NCBI GenBank assembly: GCA_951406725.2
Contig: OX597823.1
Span: forward strand, 116,436,001 to 116,500,000
DNA from: Octopus vulgaris
Taxonomy: Eukaryota
DNA length: 64,000 nt
Direction: 5' to 3'
The number at the start of each line of letters is the position of its first letter. Position 1 is the first letter of the stretch. Both the position numbers and the translations under genes were made by a program. The notes under the pieces were generated by a model, which was not told the DNA's origin, ran no database searches, and saw nothing but the letters and a program-made list of their open reading frames with translations. Positions 38,321-52,560 of the stretch are shown here, one piece after another.

Positions 38321-39730
38321 TTCCTCTGAGAAGACAATGCCTTCATCTGCATTTCTCCTGCAATATAATCATCATCATGAGCAGCTGTAGAGTAAGTATG
38401 ATGAAGAAGAAGAGTTGCAACATAAGGTGGCGGTGGAGGATGGGGACTTGTTCATCTGGAAAACTGCTCAGTTGCTAGCAATCCCATCTCTAGGGATTTC
38501 AAGATGTATGCACAGCAGATAGAGAACTTTTTAACTAATCAAATTATTTGCCATATCCATGGTAACTATTAACCAAGAATACAAATTAAATTGAAGAATG
38601 CATATTTAGATTGTAAAATCTAATTACTTGGTTGCGTCTGTTGTTGTTGTAGTTGTTGTATGATTACTTTAATTTATAGCTAAGGTTCTCCCCTTTTATC
38701 TTAAATGCTATGTCACTTTTACAGCGTGTGTGTGTGTATGTATGTGTGTGTGTGTGTATATGTATGTGTGTGTGTATGTATTTGTGTGTGTATGTATGTG
38801 TGTGTGTGTGCTTATCTATCATAGATATGGAGTGAGAAGTAATAGACAAAAGTATCTATCTCTTTAGACCATCCTCTCCATATTTTTGAGCATGTGTGTA
38901 TAAGAAAAATATGAATGTACCAGAACTGGAAAAATGTATATATATTTAAGTGAATGTGTGTGTTTATATATGTGTTTATGTGTTTGTATGTCCCTGTGTG
39001 TCTGTGTGTACATATTATTCTACACCCTCCCTCTATTATCAGCAACAAGACTTATATCACAATATATCAATATATTATTATAAAATATCCATGACTGTCT
39101 CTCAGGGCACCTTTTTTGCTTCATATCTATGTTTCAAAAATAGAATTTTTCCAATATTTCACACTAATCAATAATGCAGCTTTATATATTTAGATATATT
39201 TTATATCGTAGCCATCCTTTTTTTCTGGCTCTTTCCCTCGCTCCTCCTTTAACAGATAAGAAAGATATCTAAATGTGAGCACAACACTATGACCCTGTTG
39301 ATGTGGACAGATAGGTTTCCTTCGTTCCACTACCTTCTTTACCAACCACTAATACATTTATGTTCGGAGCTTTCCAGGATAATTTACATTATTCTTTCTG
39401 TGGATGTGCATTTGGACTTTTGTTGTATTTCATTGTTTTTTTTTTAACCATGGATGAGTATACATGTATGCACACAAACAAACGCATACATATACACACA
39501 TAGAAACTCATGCACGTACTTACTGCCTGAAACAGATACATGTACTCACACCCTTAAACACATACTTGTGCTCACACATGCAGAGACATACATGCATTCA
39601 CACTTTGTTAGACAGGCATGTGCTCACACAAAACTACATAGGTGTACTCATGCACACAAACACATACTCACACACATATGTACACTCACAAGCATGCTTG
39701 TGCTCAAATTCACAAACACATACAGATGTA

Positions 39731-40182
39731 CAGGAGGGGCTGTGTGGTAAGTAGCTTGCTTACCAACCACATGGTTCTGGGTTCAGTCCCACTGCATGGC
39801 ACCTGGGGCAAGTGTCTTCTACTATAGCCTCGGGCCAACCAAAGCCTTGTGAGTGGATTTGGTAGATGGAAACTGAAAGAAGCCTGTCGTATATATGTAT
39901 GTATATATATATGTGTGTGTGTATATGTTTGTGTTCGTCCTCCCAACATCGCTTGTGTGTGTGTATGTGTATGTATGCGTTTGTGTTTGTGTCCCCCCAA
40001 CATCGCTTGATAACCGATGCTGGTGTGTTTACATCCCCATAACTTAGCGGTTTGGCAAAAGAGACCGATAGAATAAGTACTAGGCTTACTAAGAATAAGT
40101 CCTGGGGTCGATTTGCTTGACTAAAGGCGGTGCTCCAGCATGGCCACAGTCAAATGACTGAAACGAGTAAAAGAGTAAAGAG
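39731..40182 (+). mobile_element. SINE family B with internal duplication
   Basis: Homology to other copies; CCCAACATCGCTTG occurs twice. Confidence 0.9.
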
Positions 40183-40384
40183 TACACATACACATACAAG
40201 CACTCACACTTGTACTCACTCACCAGCGCATATCTGTACTCAAAAAGACATATATATACTTAAACATACAAATGCATGCATGTATTCATTCACACAAACA
40301 TGTACATACACATACATGTGCTAACACACATACATATATTCACATTCACAAATGAATACATCTATATAAGTACACATTCAAAAT

Positions 40385-40585
40385 GTGACCGCGTGTGTAC
40401 TGTTGGCGATTTTTTTCCCTCTGTCTTCCCTTCTTTGGATCTTTCCTTTTCCTATGTTTCTGACGAAGAGCTCCGCTCGAAACATTAAACCCTCCTTCTT
40501 TCCTGAGCGTCCAATAATACTATACTTGTTCCATGTCCTCGTGTTGTTGTGTTTTCTCTTTGTGTTTCCATGTTTGGATTAATTC
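40385..40585 (+). mobile_element. Solo Penelope-like terminal-repeat fragment
   Basis: Contains a hammerhead plus TTTCCTGAGCG..AATAC shared with the 35134 terminus. Its 3' end CATGTTTGGATTAA also occurs alone in (TA)n at ~15216. Confidence 0.65.
40456..40490 (+). ncRNA. Minimal type-I hammerhead ribozyme, canonical core
   Basis: GTTT-CTGACGA-A-GAGC-TCC-GCTC-GAAA-CA-TT-AAAC. Confidence 0.75.
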
Positions 40586-40594
40586 TACACATAG

Positions 40595-40911
40595 ATGTAA
40601 GCATGGATCAGTGGTCAGAGTGTTGGGCTCACAATCATGAGATAGTGAGTTCAATTCTCTGAATGGACTCGGTGTTATGTTCTTGAGCAAGACACTTTAT
40701 TTCACATTGCTCCAGTTCTCTCAGCTGTAGAAATGAGTTGCAGTGTCACAGCTTTTGCCTTTCCCTTGGATAATATCGGTGGCATGCAGAGGAGAGGCTG
40801 ATATGCATGGCTGACTGCTGGCCTTCCATAAACAGCCTTGCCTGGACTTGTGCCTCAGAAGGTAACTTTCTAGATGCAATCCCATGGTCCTTTGTGACCG
40901 AAGGGTGTCTT
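40595..40911 (+). mobile_element. SINE family C
   Basis: Homology to other copies. Confidence 0.85.
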
Positions 40912-41117
40912 TAATCTTTACTTGCACTCATAAACACATACATGTACTTACACTTAAAAATGTATCCATCTACTCATACCCATAAGCACATACCTGTAGT
41001 TCACACACTCAACACATACCTGTAATCACACACTCAACACATACAGGTACACACATGTTTCTCAATCACAAAATCACATATGTGTACTCACACACACACA
41101 AACACATACTTGTACAC

Positions 41118-41152
<35 letters not shown>

Positions 41153-41162
41153 TGTAATCATT

Positions 41163-41482
41163 TTCTTTTATTCTTTTACTTGTTTCAGTCATTTGACTGT
41201 GGCCATGCTGGAGCACCGCCTTTAGTCGAGCAAATAGACCCCAGGACTTATTCTTTGTAAGCCTAGTACTTATTCTATCGGTCTCTTTTGCCAAAACGCT
41301 AAGTTACGGGGACGTAAACACACCAGCATCGGTTGTCAAGCGATGTTGGGGGGACAAACACAGACACACACAGACACACACATACACACATATATATATA
41401 TACACATATATATGATGGGCTTCTTTCAGTTTCTGTCTATCAAATCCACTCACAAGACTTTGGTTGGCCCGAGGCTATAGTA
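41163..41482 (-). mobile_element. SINE family B, 5'-truncated
   Basis: Homology to other copies. Confidence 0.88.
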
Positions 41483-41993
41483 CACACATATTTAATTACT
41501 CATGCACAGAAACATGCATATTCCCACAAAATACATGCACTAACACATACATATATTCATACACACAAACATATACACATATTTACAATCATAAATGCAT
41601 GCATTCTAGTGTGAAATTTTCTTATAATCCTCATCTTATATTACGTTTTCCATTGTGGAAATCATTAACAAGATATCAACAATGTTTAGAAAGGAAGTGT
41701 TGAGGCCTTCATCTTTTTTTTCTCTAGTAAAACAGAAGTATGCTGTAGAACCAAATCCCTTATTTTTCCAAGATGGACAATATGGATGCTAATATGGCTG
41801 TGTAGCTGAGAAGATTGCTCTGCGGACATGGAGTTCCAAGTTCAATTTCACTTCCTAGTATTTTGGACAAGTGTTCTCAACCATGGGCTGACCAACAATG
41901 TGTGGGTGGAATGTGAAAGATGGAAACTGCATAGAACTCCGTTCTGTAATGTGTATACACATGCATGCATGCATGTGTGTGTGTGTGTGTGTG

Positions 41994-42116
41994 TGTTGAA
42001 GAGCATAGACTCAAAATGTAAAGGACTTTTTCATTTTTCCCAAGCATTAAATTAATACACCTGTTTGTTGTTCATACACCTGTCTTCATCTTTTGTTTTT
42101 CTATAAATTTCAACTA
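41994..42116 (+). mobile_element. Decayed solo copy of the Penelope terminal repeat of 35134-35270
   Basis: TGTTGAAGAGCATAGACTCAAAATGTAAAGGAC aligns to TGTTGAAGAGCGTAGGCTCGAAACGTTAAAGAC; ends in (TA)n. Confidence 0.7.
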
Positions 42117-42391
42117 TATATATATATACATTCTTTAAGTCCATTCATGTGGAATGTATTTGAGTATGCTCATAAAAGCCAAAACACTAATGCAGCTTTT
42201 GCCTGAGGAAACAGCTACATGTATTAATATTCCCCTTAAAATCCATGGATTTTGCAAATCTTATTTGTAATATCTTTTGGATGGGAAATACAACAACAAA
42301 AGCATGGTATTTGTGGAAACATACATAGCAGTGCATTAAAGGATTAGCAAATTTCCATCCAAAGTTTCATGTTATTACTATACATACATAC

Positions 42392-42425
<34 letters not shown>

Positions 42426-42559
42426 GCACACACTTATATATCGTAATTATTTTGGACTAGATCCCTCTCACTAAATTCCAGGCCTTGTGCCTAAAGCCAA
42501 AAGAATTATTGGTTTTGAATTTTGGTACAAGCCAAGTAAGTTTGGTTGGAGGTTGGCAA

Positions 42560-42999
42560 GTTGTTTACATCAACCCTAGTATTCAGCTGGTATTTATTTT
42601 ATCACCCCTGAAAGGATGAAAGGCAAAGTTGACTTCGGTGGAATTTCAGCTTAGAACATAAAGACAGATGAAATGCCGTTAAGCATTTTGCCTAGTAGGC
42701 TAACAATGCTGCCAGCTTCATGATGATGATGATAATGATGATGATGACGATGATGACGATGACGATGATGAAGATGATCATCATCATCATCCTTTCTTCT
42801 GGAAGCACAAGGGCTCAAATTTTAAGGGAAGGGATTAAGTCAATTACATTGACCCCAGTGCATAACGGGTGCTAATTTTATCGACCCCGAAAGGATTATA
42901 GGCAAAGTTAACCTCAGCAGAATTTGAACTCAAAACCTAACAGCAGACGAAATACTGCTAAGCATTTCACCTGGCATGCTAACGATTCTGCCAGCCCAC
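42560..42999 (-). mobile_element. Two SINE family A copies separated by (GAT)n
   Basis: Homology to other copies; further copies at 43785-44022 and 56070-56283. Confidence 0.8.
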
Positions 43000-43004
43000 C
43001 AGGA

Positions 43005-43450
43005 GGAAATATTCTGCTCAGTACCACAGATTTGCTTGTCAGTTGTTTGATCATAATCAGTTGAGCATGTCCCTTAGTAGCTGACAATATGTGCATCTCT
43101 GATCATGAGCAGAAGTAGTTGGGGAGCATCATAGCCATGTGTTGAGAAGGATTCTTTGGGGTTTGAATAATTCACCTTTGGAAATATGAGTGGTTCGTTC
43201 AACATCCTTAAACATTATTCAGGGACCTTTTGAGCGGGATGGATTACTCAACCAGAAGAAAATTCTAACTGGACCCCACCTGCAAGGTCATACACTGTTT
43301 ATCTTGATATGAGATCACCATGTTGTGCACATATGGTTGTAATGCATGTGCCTGGTGTACACTTATCAGACAGGTAGTCATGATGGGTATACTGGGCTTC
43401 GTATATTTTACCCGTGTTATTTTGGTGGCATGCACTGCTCTGTCATTCAA
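43005..43450 (+). mobile_element. Repeat X copy (5' part missing)
   Basis: Homology to 4640-5075. Confidence 0.8.
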
Positions 43451-43469
43451 TAATAATAATAATAATAAT

Positions 43470-43775
43470 ACAAAGACCTGGAAATAGAGGTAACTAGAAT
43501 GTGGAATCTAAAAACAGAAACAATTCCTGTCATAGTAGGTGCATTAGGTATGATAACAAAAATATTCAGACAAATACATAACAAAAACACCAGGACTTAC
43601 AAATATATATAACATACAGAAAATCACACTACTGGGCACTGCACACATCCTATGCAAAACACTTTCAATACAGTAACCATCAGAGCAACACAACAAAACA
43701 CAGCACATACCCAAGGCACACAGAGCTGTGCTCAGTAGTGAAGTGAAAGCATGCTATAAAAATAAAACTACTGAA
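43470..43775 (+). mobile_element. R4/Dong-type LINE 3' fragment in (TAA)n
   Basis: KDLEIEVTRMWNLKTETIPVIVGALGMI; homologous to 10081-10364. Confidence 0.8.
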
Positions 43776-44177
43776 TAATAATAATAATGGTTTCAAATTT
43801 TGGTAGAAGGCCAGCAAGATCCTGGTTGATTACAGAGGCCTCAGTACGGAACTGGTTCTTATTTTATCGACCCTGCTACTCGGCTGGTGCTTATATTATC
43901 AACGTTAAAAGTATGACAGACAAAATCGACCTCTGTGGAATTTGAACTCAGAATGTGAAGAAGGACGAAACGGCAATAAACATTTTGCCCAGTGTGCTAA
44001 CAATTCTGCCAGCTTACCCCCTTAGAGTCAAAAGAATTATTATCGTCTTTACCATTCGTATTTTTCAACAGTTTTGCATGAGTTTCTACAACATGATGAA
44101 AGTGCTCCTCTATGTAGAAAGGATTTTGCATATCACATCTGCATTGCTGTGGAGTTTGCTTTGTTGTTGGTCTGCTT

Positions 44178-44430
44178 TTGGTGGTGGTGGCAGTGGTTGT
44201 GAAGGTGGTGATTGTGGTGTTGGTGGTTGTGAAGGTGGTGGTTGAGGTGGTGGTGGTGGTGGTGGTGGTGGTGGTGGTTGTATTGGTGGTGGTTGGTGGT
44301 TGGTGGTGGTCGTGTTGGTGGTGGTGGTGGTGGTGGTGGTGGTGTTGGTGGTGGTTGTGTTGGTGGTGGTTGTTGTGGTGGTGGTGGTCGTCATCGTCGT
44401 TGTCATCGTTGTGGTGTTGTTGTTGTTGTT
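44178..44430. repeat. (GGT)n-based low-complexity tract
   Basis: Directly visible; similar tract at 57127-57430. Confidence 0.95.
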
Positions 44431-44656
44431 ACCCTGTTGGGGATAGGTTGTGTTACTGGTGGATTACTTTTACACTGTAATTAATCTGAATTCAAAAATC
44501 TTTCAGTTTTTCTTCTCCACAAAAACAACTTCTACAGATTAGAAACAAAGCCGCAGATAATATCAAAACTAATTCCATTCTGTTTTAGCAGACTTTATTT
44601 ACTTCTGTGAAATATTTCATTAGCAATCTTCGTTTATATTAATGTTGTTGTACTAT

Positions 44657-44687
<31 letters not shown>

Positions 44688-44879
44688 TTTTTTTTATATT
44701 TCTTTCAATCTGCAGCAAATGAATTCCCAAGTATCCCGTATAAATTTTGGTTTCCTTCAACTAATTTCAAGTCAAAGCTTCCATAGAATGGAATAATATT
44801 AACTATGTTTGTAGTTCTAAGCTCAGATGATCCCAAAACAAAACCAAAATGAATGTCTCGCTTCCCCCACCATTCCCCC

Positions 44880-44920
<41 letters not shown>

Positions 44921-45430
44921 ACAATATATCATATAAATATAAATATATATCTCCCAGGACTCTCGTGACACTTGGCCACATGACCACAGCAACTTGCATG
45001 CCTATATGTGTATGTGTGTATATGTGTGTGTGAAAATGTTCATAGCAATCATGTAAGCGCACATGTCCATACATATGCATGCACGTTCGCACACACACGT
45101 ACATGTGCCTATATGTATATACTCATCCACCCTCCCCTTACATCAAACGCACACATGCTCACCCACACATTCGCCAAAAAATATATACATACCTGCATAC
45201 ACGCACACACACACACACTCACACACACACAAAAAAGGTTCATACACATATATAGATGTGTGCATGACCCTTTTATGTGCGCGTGTGTGCATATGTGCAA
45301 GCATGTATGCAGGTATGTATATATTTTTTGGTGAATGTGTGGGTGATCATTTGTGTGTTTCAAGTGAGGGTGGATGGGTATATACATATAGGTGGTGGTG
45401 GTGGTGGTGGTGGTGGTAGTAGTAGATTGC

Positions 45431-45461
<31 letters not shown>

Positions 45462-46159
45462 TACTGATGATGATGATTGGGCTTCTTGATGTAGAAGTGT
45501 TTAATTTAGTATAGTTGACTTAGTAAACAAACTAATTATGTAATTAAGATCAATAAACTAAATTCCTTTTTTTTTCATTTTTAATTCCTTCTTAATATTT
45601 TCTGTCTTGTCTCTCTCTGATGTCCAACTGTGTTGGTGTGGAATTTTCTTTAGCATTGATCTAAAATTGTTGGGTTCACAACCTGTTGTTTAAAACATTC
45701 TAATCAGTGCATCTAGTACAGAATCTACTGATCTTGAAAGAGGAGAAATTTACGAAGACCCAACTGAAAGTGTGTGTAGTACAAAGATGATGAAGTGAAT
45801 AGTGTTCACAGTTTGAAGTTGCTTACTAATTGAGCCATCATGTCCGTTTGATTCTAGGATCATAAAGGAAGAAGATGAAAAACAAAAAAAATACAGTACC
45901 TTACAATTTGAAATTGCAAAAATTTGGAATATCATCATCATCATCATCATCATCCAGTGTTTTAAATCTGGGTTTTGTCCCCGTTAACTGGGGTGGCAGG
46001 ATCTACCGCAATGTCATAGCCACTGAGGTAGGCAGGTGCAGCCCACCCCAACCTTTGGGCTGGCTGGTGCCCATTCTCCTTTCCTATCATGAGTCTTGTT
46101 TGGAGCTGGATTTTCTACGGGGAGCATACCCTTGCTTACCCCCAACTTCAGTTTCTAGA

Positions 46160-46455
46160 CATGAGTGGTCCCAAGACCAAGGTCTGAAATCTGTAAAGGT
46201 TGTGCCCATGATAATTGATGCATTGGGAACTGTAAGCAAAGATATAGACAAATGGTTGAAAGAGATCAGAATAGAATGTCCTGTAGAGCTTCTACAGAAA
46301 ATTTGCCTCTTAGAGACAGGAAAGATTATCAGAAGGGTTCCAAGCACTTGAAACACTGTTGAAAGCTTGTGGTTATCTAAGGTTACAGGTAGTAACTAGG
46401 ATTTATTCCTAGCCACATAAATCCTGCCAGGAATAAGACCAAACCTCAGTCAAAT
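46160..46455 (+). mobile_element. R4/Dong-type LINE 3' fragment
   Basis: VKVVPMIIDALGTVSKDIDKWL...LLQKICLLETGKIIRRV, then AAT tail. Confidence 0.75.
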
Positions 46456-46546
46456 CAATAATAGCATAAATAAAATGGCAAGTGTTTTGAAGCATGAATT
46501 TTGGTCCATTCTATACATTTATCACAGCTGAAGTATTGTTTGTTTG

Positions 46547-46835
46547 TTCCTTCTCGAGCCATTTCTGGCTCATAAGGGCCGGTTTCCCGGCTTCCTTGGC
46601 ATATAGGTTCCCCACCTGGACGGGACGCTGGTCCGTCGCAGGTGAGCTGCAAGAGGAAAGAGTGAGAGAAAGTTCTGGCGAAAGAGTCAGCAGAAGTTCG
46701 CCATTACCTTCTGCTGCAGCTGTGTGGAGCTTAGGTGTTTCGCTCATAAACACACACATCGCCCGGTTTGAGATTCGAACCTGCAATCCCTCGACTGTGA
46801 GTCCGCTGCTCTAACCACTAGGCCATGTGCCTCCA
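46547..46835 (-). mobile_element. SINE, family D-related subfamily
   Basis: tRNA head with clear B box GGTTCGAATC; TSD CTGAAGTATTG. Confidence 0.85.
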
Positions 46836-47021
46836 CTGAAGTATTGGTTCTCTCTGAACTTCTCAGACACATAACTGTGTTTGTGCACTCATTTAGTACA
46901 ATGTGTAGAGTTTATCCTTAACTTCTTCCTCTACATCAAGAGCACTTCCCACATAACACTGAGTTTTCATGATCCATATTACTAACTTGTTACTGGTTAT
47001 CAATTTATTATGTTGACCAGT

Positions 47022-47361
47022 TGTGAAGGCGTATGGCTCAGTTGTTATAGCGTCGAGCTTACAATCGTGAGGTTGTGAACTCGAATCCTGGACCAGGCTG
47101 TGTGTTGTGTTCTTGAGCAAGACACTTTATTTCACGTTACTCCAGTTCACTCAGCTGTAGAAATGAGTTGCGACATCACTGGTTCCAAGCTGTATTGGCC
47201 CCTTTGCCTTTCCCTTGGATAACACTGGTGGTTTGGAGAAGAGATGCCGGTATGCATGGGTGACTGCTGGGCTTCCATAAACAACCTTGCCCAGACTTGT
47301 GCCTGGGAGGGTAACTTTCTAGGTGCAATCCTGTGGCCAGTCATGACCAAAGAGGGTCTCA
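47022..47361 (+). mobile_element. SINE family C, full length
   Basis: A/B boxes; TSD ATGTTGACCAGTT. Confidence 0.9.
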
Positions 47362-47902
47362 GCATGTTGACCAGTTAGATCTTAGGACTAACAACCATTT
47401 TTCTATGCTTTGAACAGTTTCTGCAGTAAGAAATCGATCATCAGTACACAAAGCTTAGCACTTCATTTACCAATTACTCGGGAAAAGAAGAGTAAAGTTA
47501 TGACCTTTTAATCTCTCAGATCCTCCACTACCAGTGGACGCAAAGGACAAAGTTATTCTCAGGCCAGCTACATCATCATCATCAACATTTAATGCTAGTT
47601 TTCTATGTTGGTATGGGTTGGATTGTTTGACAGTAACTGGTAAGGCCAGAAACTGCACCAGGCTCCATAGTCTGTTTTGGTATGGTTTCTACAGTTGGAT
47701 GCCCTTCATAATACCAACTGCTCCATAGAGTATACTGGATGCTTTTTACATGGTACCATCACAAGTGCTTTTCACATGGCACCACACCAACACAAATGTG
47801 TTCATGTGGTACCCTCATTTTATGATCTCACTTCTATTGTGGCACTAGCCTGAATGCATCAACTATATTTTGTCTCAATGCTGCATGGTATTATTAAATG
47901 TA

Positions 47903-48137
47903 AGGTGGTGAGCTGGCAGAAACGTTAGCATGCCAGCCGAAATACTTTGCGGTATTTCGCCTGCTGCTGTGTTCTGAGTTCAAATTCCGTCGATGTCGAC
48001 TTTGCCTCTCATACTTTTGGGGTCGATTAAATACGTACCAGTTATGCACTGGGGTCGATATAATTGACTTAATCCATTTATCTGCCCTCGTTTGTCCTCT
48101 CTGTGTTTAGCCCCTTGTGGGTAGTAAAGAAATAGGT
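47903..48137 (+). mobile_element. SINE family A
   Basis: TSD GGTATTATTAAATGTA. Confidence 0.9.
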
Positions 48138-48735
48138 ATTATTAAATGTATATCCCTAGATTTTAGCAAGCTCAGTATATAATCTAGACAGGTGTAGATA
48201 TTTCAGTCTATCCAGTTTACTTAATCTTTAAGTAAAATTTAGTTTCTTAGCAGTGAATAGTTAAAGAGAGTAATCACTCATTAATAAAACCCCAGCAAAT
48301 TATAAAAACAAGTTCAGCAGATTTTAGTTTTTCAGCCCACAAAGATATTGCGTATAAAGACAAGATGTTTATGCCTATCTATACATGCAATGACGGTTAA
48401 AAATTTAGAGTTATTCCATAATATAACAGAGCTTTGTAATTAAACACTAATAAAACACCAGTAATTTCAGAAGGTAAGCAAACATGTCTCCAATGCTTCT
48501 ACATGAAATCATCGATTCTTCTTCTCTGTCTTTCTGGAAAGACCAGTTTCTTTTGTGGAGAGTTTAACCTTTGCTTGATTCATTTCTTTTAAACCGTGGC
48601 CTCCATCCCACCCCCAATATCCTCTTTAAAATAATTCCACAGAAGAAACTACAGATAAAATACTGACCTTATGAGACTTGAGATTTTATGAAACTACAAG
48701 TTTTTCTTCTTAATTGGTTTGATAGAAGCTAGAGA

Positions 48736-48792
<57 letters not shown>

Positions 48793-49564
48793 GAGTAATA
48801 ATAATGATAATAGTAATAATAAAAGTAATAATAATAATAATAACAATAAAGGTGGAGAAAGAAATGTGAGTTTAGAGAAGAAATAAATCAGATTAGCAGA
48901 TCTGTTGCTAGGTTTGCCAAACTTAGGTGCTGTTTTCTTTCAGTGAATATAGTTTCTCTTTCATTAAGTCTTTTCCTTGTGTTTGGTGTCTGTAATTTTA
49001 TCACTTCATGCCTCAATAGAATGGGTGGGGTGGGGGAAAGAATCAAAGCAAAATCTGAAGAGTAAAAAAAAAATGAAACAAAACTCAAGATAAAATAAAT
49101 TAAATATAAATACAAGAAAAAAAAATTAGTAAAAATATTAAAATAAATCAAAACTGTGATAAAACACAAGCAAAGGAGGAAAAATAAGAGAGTAAGAGAG
49201 AGTGGGGGGAGGAGAGAAAGAGAGAGAGAGGGAGGGAGAACGAGAGAATTTTATAGAAAATAAGTAACTTATATAGACTTAAATATGAAAAGTGTTTGGC
49301 TTTCATCCAATACTTTCTTTGAGGAATTTTATAGAAATAAATTAGATAATATAATTTAAAAATAAAAATAAATTGGAAAGTGAAAGAAATGTACCAAGAT
49401 GATTCTCTTTCAAGAACAAACACTTAATGGGTTTGCAAAGTTTATTTCAAATTTCCACTTATGCACCCACACACACAAACACACACACTCATGTATATAC
49501 ACATATGTGTATAGTATTGAGAGGGACGGTGCTGCTTGTTGTTTTCCTGTATTTGTATTCCATA

Positions 49565-49608
<44 letters not shown>

Positions 49609-49695
49609 TTTACAGGTATGCATGTATACATACTTACATATATATATATATATATATATGTTGTGTGTATATATATATGTGTGCGTGTGTGTGTG

Positions 49696-49731
<36 letters not shown>

Positions 49732-49813
49732 TATATATATATATATACATACATACATACATACGTATATATAGACATATATATATATATACATACATAT
49801 ATACATACATACA

Positions 49814-49849
<36 letters not shown>

Positions 49850-49900
49850 TATAAACATACATATATATATATATATACATATGCATATATAAGTATATAT
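49565..49900. repeat. (TA)n/(TACA)n microsatellites
   Basis: Directly visible. Confidence 0.95.
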
Positions 49901-51051
49901 CTGTTATGTACACAACATACATTACTGTAAGTATAGGTCTGTATATTTGTGTTGCTTAGTTGAAATATAAGCACAAATATATACTGAGTATAGATAAATA
50001 TATTTGATATATTTATAGCTCTCTCTGTCTCCCTATTTCTCTCTCTCTCCCTTCCTCCCTCTTCCTCTCTCTTTCTGTATATATATATATATATATATAC
50101 CATTTATACCATTAAATATATGTGTGTGTGTATATATATATATTATCTGAAATGTATAGTATTGAATATATATTGACATATATAAATGTATACATATTTA
50201 TGCATGTGTGTATATGTGTACATATATCAACATACTTATTTACTTATGCATGTGCATCCATGAGCTTACATTAGGTTTACTTTACATAAAACTTCAAATG
50301 CATGTAGTATCAGTAACATACATGTAACGATATATACATACACACACACAATATACATATTCACTTTTACTTGTAACAAAGCAGTACCTTTCTTATCTAT
50401 ATAAAAAAAATGTATGAATTCATTGAACACAACACATTGATAAGATGAAACGGTTGGAAATATTGGTGAGAAAATGCAACCAAAATATAATTCATTGCCA
50501 TCTATAAATGAACTCTGATTAGGGTCTTTCTGAACAATCAAATGTTCATGGTAAGTTTTCAACCAATCTACTTGGTTGAAAGGAAACAGCACTTTGCAAA
50601 TGTCCATGCTATCACATGTACTCATCATCATCATCGTTTAATGTCCGTTTTCCATGCTAGCATGGGTTGGACAGTTCGACCAGGGTCTGGGAAGCCAGAA
50701 TGCTGCTCCAGGCTCCAGTCTTAATTGGCAGTATTTCTACAGCTGGATACCCTTCCTTATGCCAGCCACTCCGTGAGTGTAGTGGGTGCTTCTTATGTGC
50801 CACTGGCACAGGTGCCAAGCAAAGCTGGCAACGGCCATGATCGGTTGGTGCTTTTTACGTGCCACCGGCACAGGGATCACAACTACAATTTCCGTTGATT
50901 TTTGATGTTGATGTACTTGACTCAACAGGTCTCCTCAAGCCCAGGGTCGAAAACAAATATTTCTTTTTCCTCTTTCCTCAGCAGAAGTAAAACCTTTTCC
51001 CTGCAATTCATTTCCACTCCATGCACATCCTCAGAATATACTGTTTTAACT

Positions 51052-51323
51052 ATCTTAAAATGTTTCAGGTGCAAAGCTGTGGTCATGCTGGAGCACCACC
51101 GTTGACTGAGCTACACTCAATTATTTGGAACCTCCTCTGATACGTGGCATTTGGTCAGTGAGGGAGTTTGATGCTGCTGCCTTCATCTGTGTTTCCTGCT
51201 GTGAGGTGGGCTCGTCTGGAACCCGTAACAGGAAGAGATCTAGTTGTGTTTTAAAGACACATCCACACCATTTAGGCCTCTCAGGCATTTTGGAAGGATA
51301 TTAAAGAGCTGTGGGCCCTTGAA
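51052..51323 (-). mobile_element. 3'-terminal fragment of the CR1-group LINE family of 31644-35107
   Basis: Aligns to 31644-31922 (GAGCTACACT..., GGGAGTTTGATGCTGCTGCC, TTAAAGAGCTGTGG). Confidence 0.85.
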
Positions 51324-51387
51324 TTTGTGTGCGTGAGTGTGCACACACATATATGTGTGCATGTATACACACACACACATATATATA

Positions 51388-51689
51388 TATTATATAAAAT
51401 CCATTCTGTCTGTCTGTGTGTGTGTTTTCTAGGATCTCGGGCATCCTCCATCCGATTGTGCTCAAATTTTATATGTAGATACCGACGGTATCAGGGTATG
51501 TATGAGTTTTGAAAAAAAATCGATTCCAGGTGAGAATGCGATCGATAAAGCCGTGGGAACGTGCATCTGTACATGCAAGTACATCAGCTGTTGCGATTGA
51601 TGCTATGTGTACCTGAGAAAAATGCACAGTGTCAAATTTAGGTTAAATCGTGTTTTTCAAAGGGGAGGCCTATGGGACAGTCGGACTAG
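51388..51689 (+). mobile_element. Non-autonomous Helitron-like element
   Basis: Starts in a TA-rich run with (TCTG)n and CCGATT...AAATTT motif, and ends CTAG|T. Confidence 0.5.
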
Positions 51690-52163
51690 TTGTTTTGAGA
51701 AAATTTGGTTTAAATGTTTGGCAACTCAGCACCTTCCATTGGATGAGGCGTTTTGCTCATATTATATACATATGTATGCATAGACAGACAGACAGATTGG
51801 ATTATAATTAAGGCTGTGTCCTCTTAAAGCACATCTGTTTATTCCAGTTCTCCACAATTTTATGTAAATGTTATATTTGTGTGAGGTACACATAAGAGTT
51901 CAAAAATACTAGAGAATACTTTTTGCCTGGAAAATAATTTTTGTTTTATTTATTCACCATTACACATGTTTCATATGCTAATTGGAGTTACAAAATTGTG
52001 CCAGTACAAAAAAAAGAAAATAACAAGAAAAAAAACATGTAAGGTATCTCTTATTAGAAGTTCTTCAGACAAAGGATCAAATATTATTAAATAATGGTAA
52101 ATAATATTATTTGATACTCTATCTGAAGAATTCCTCATAGGAGATTTCTTACATGTTGTTTCT

Positions 52164-52375
52164 ACTCTTTTACTCTTTTACTTGGTTTAATCATTTGACT
52201 GCGGCCATGCTGGAGCGCCACCTATAGTCAAATAAATTGACCCCTGGACTTGTTCTTTGTAAGCCTAGTACTTATTCTATCGGTCTCTTTTGCCGAACCG
52301 TTATGTTATGGGGATGTAAACACACCAGCATCAGTTGTCAAGTGATGGTGGAGGTGATGAACACACACACACGCT

Positions 52376-52410
<35 letters not shown>

Positions 52411-52560
52411 GATGGGCTTCTTTCAGTTTCCATCTACCAAATCCACTCACAAGGCTTTGGTTGGCCCGAGGCTATAGTAGAAGACACTTACCCAAGGTGC
52501 CATGCAAAGGGACTGAACCCGGAGCCAGGTGGTTGGGAAGCAAGCTTCTTATACAGCCAC
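52164..52560 (-). mobile_element. SINE family B
   Basis: Homology to other copies. Confidence 0.88.

Noticed and set aside
47022-47100. Functional tRNA genes at SINE heads
   Set aside because: A/B boxes are present, but the sequences continue into SINE bodies with TSDs and lack proper acceptor stems.
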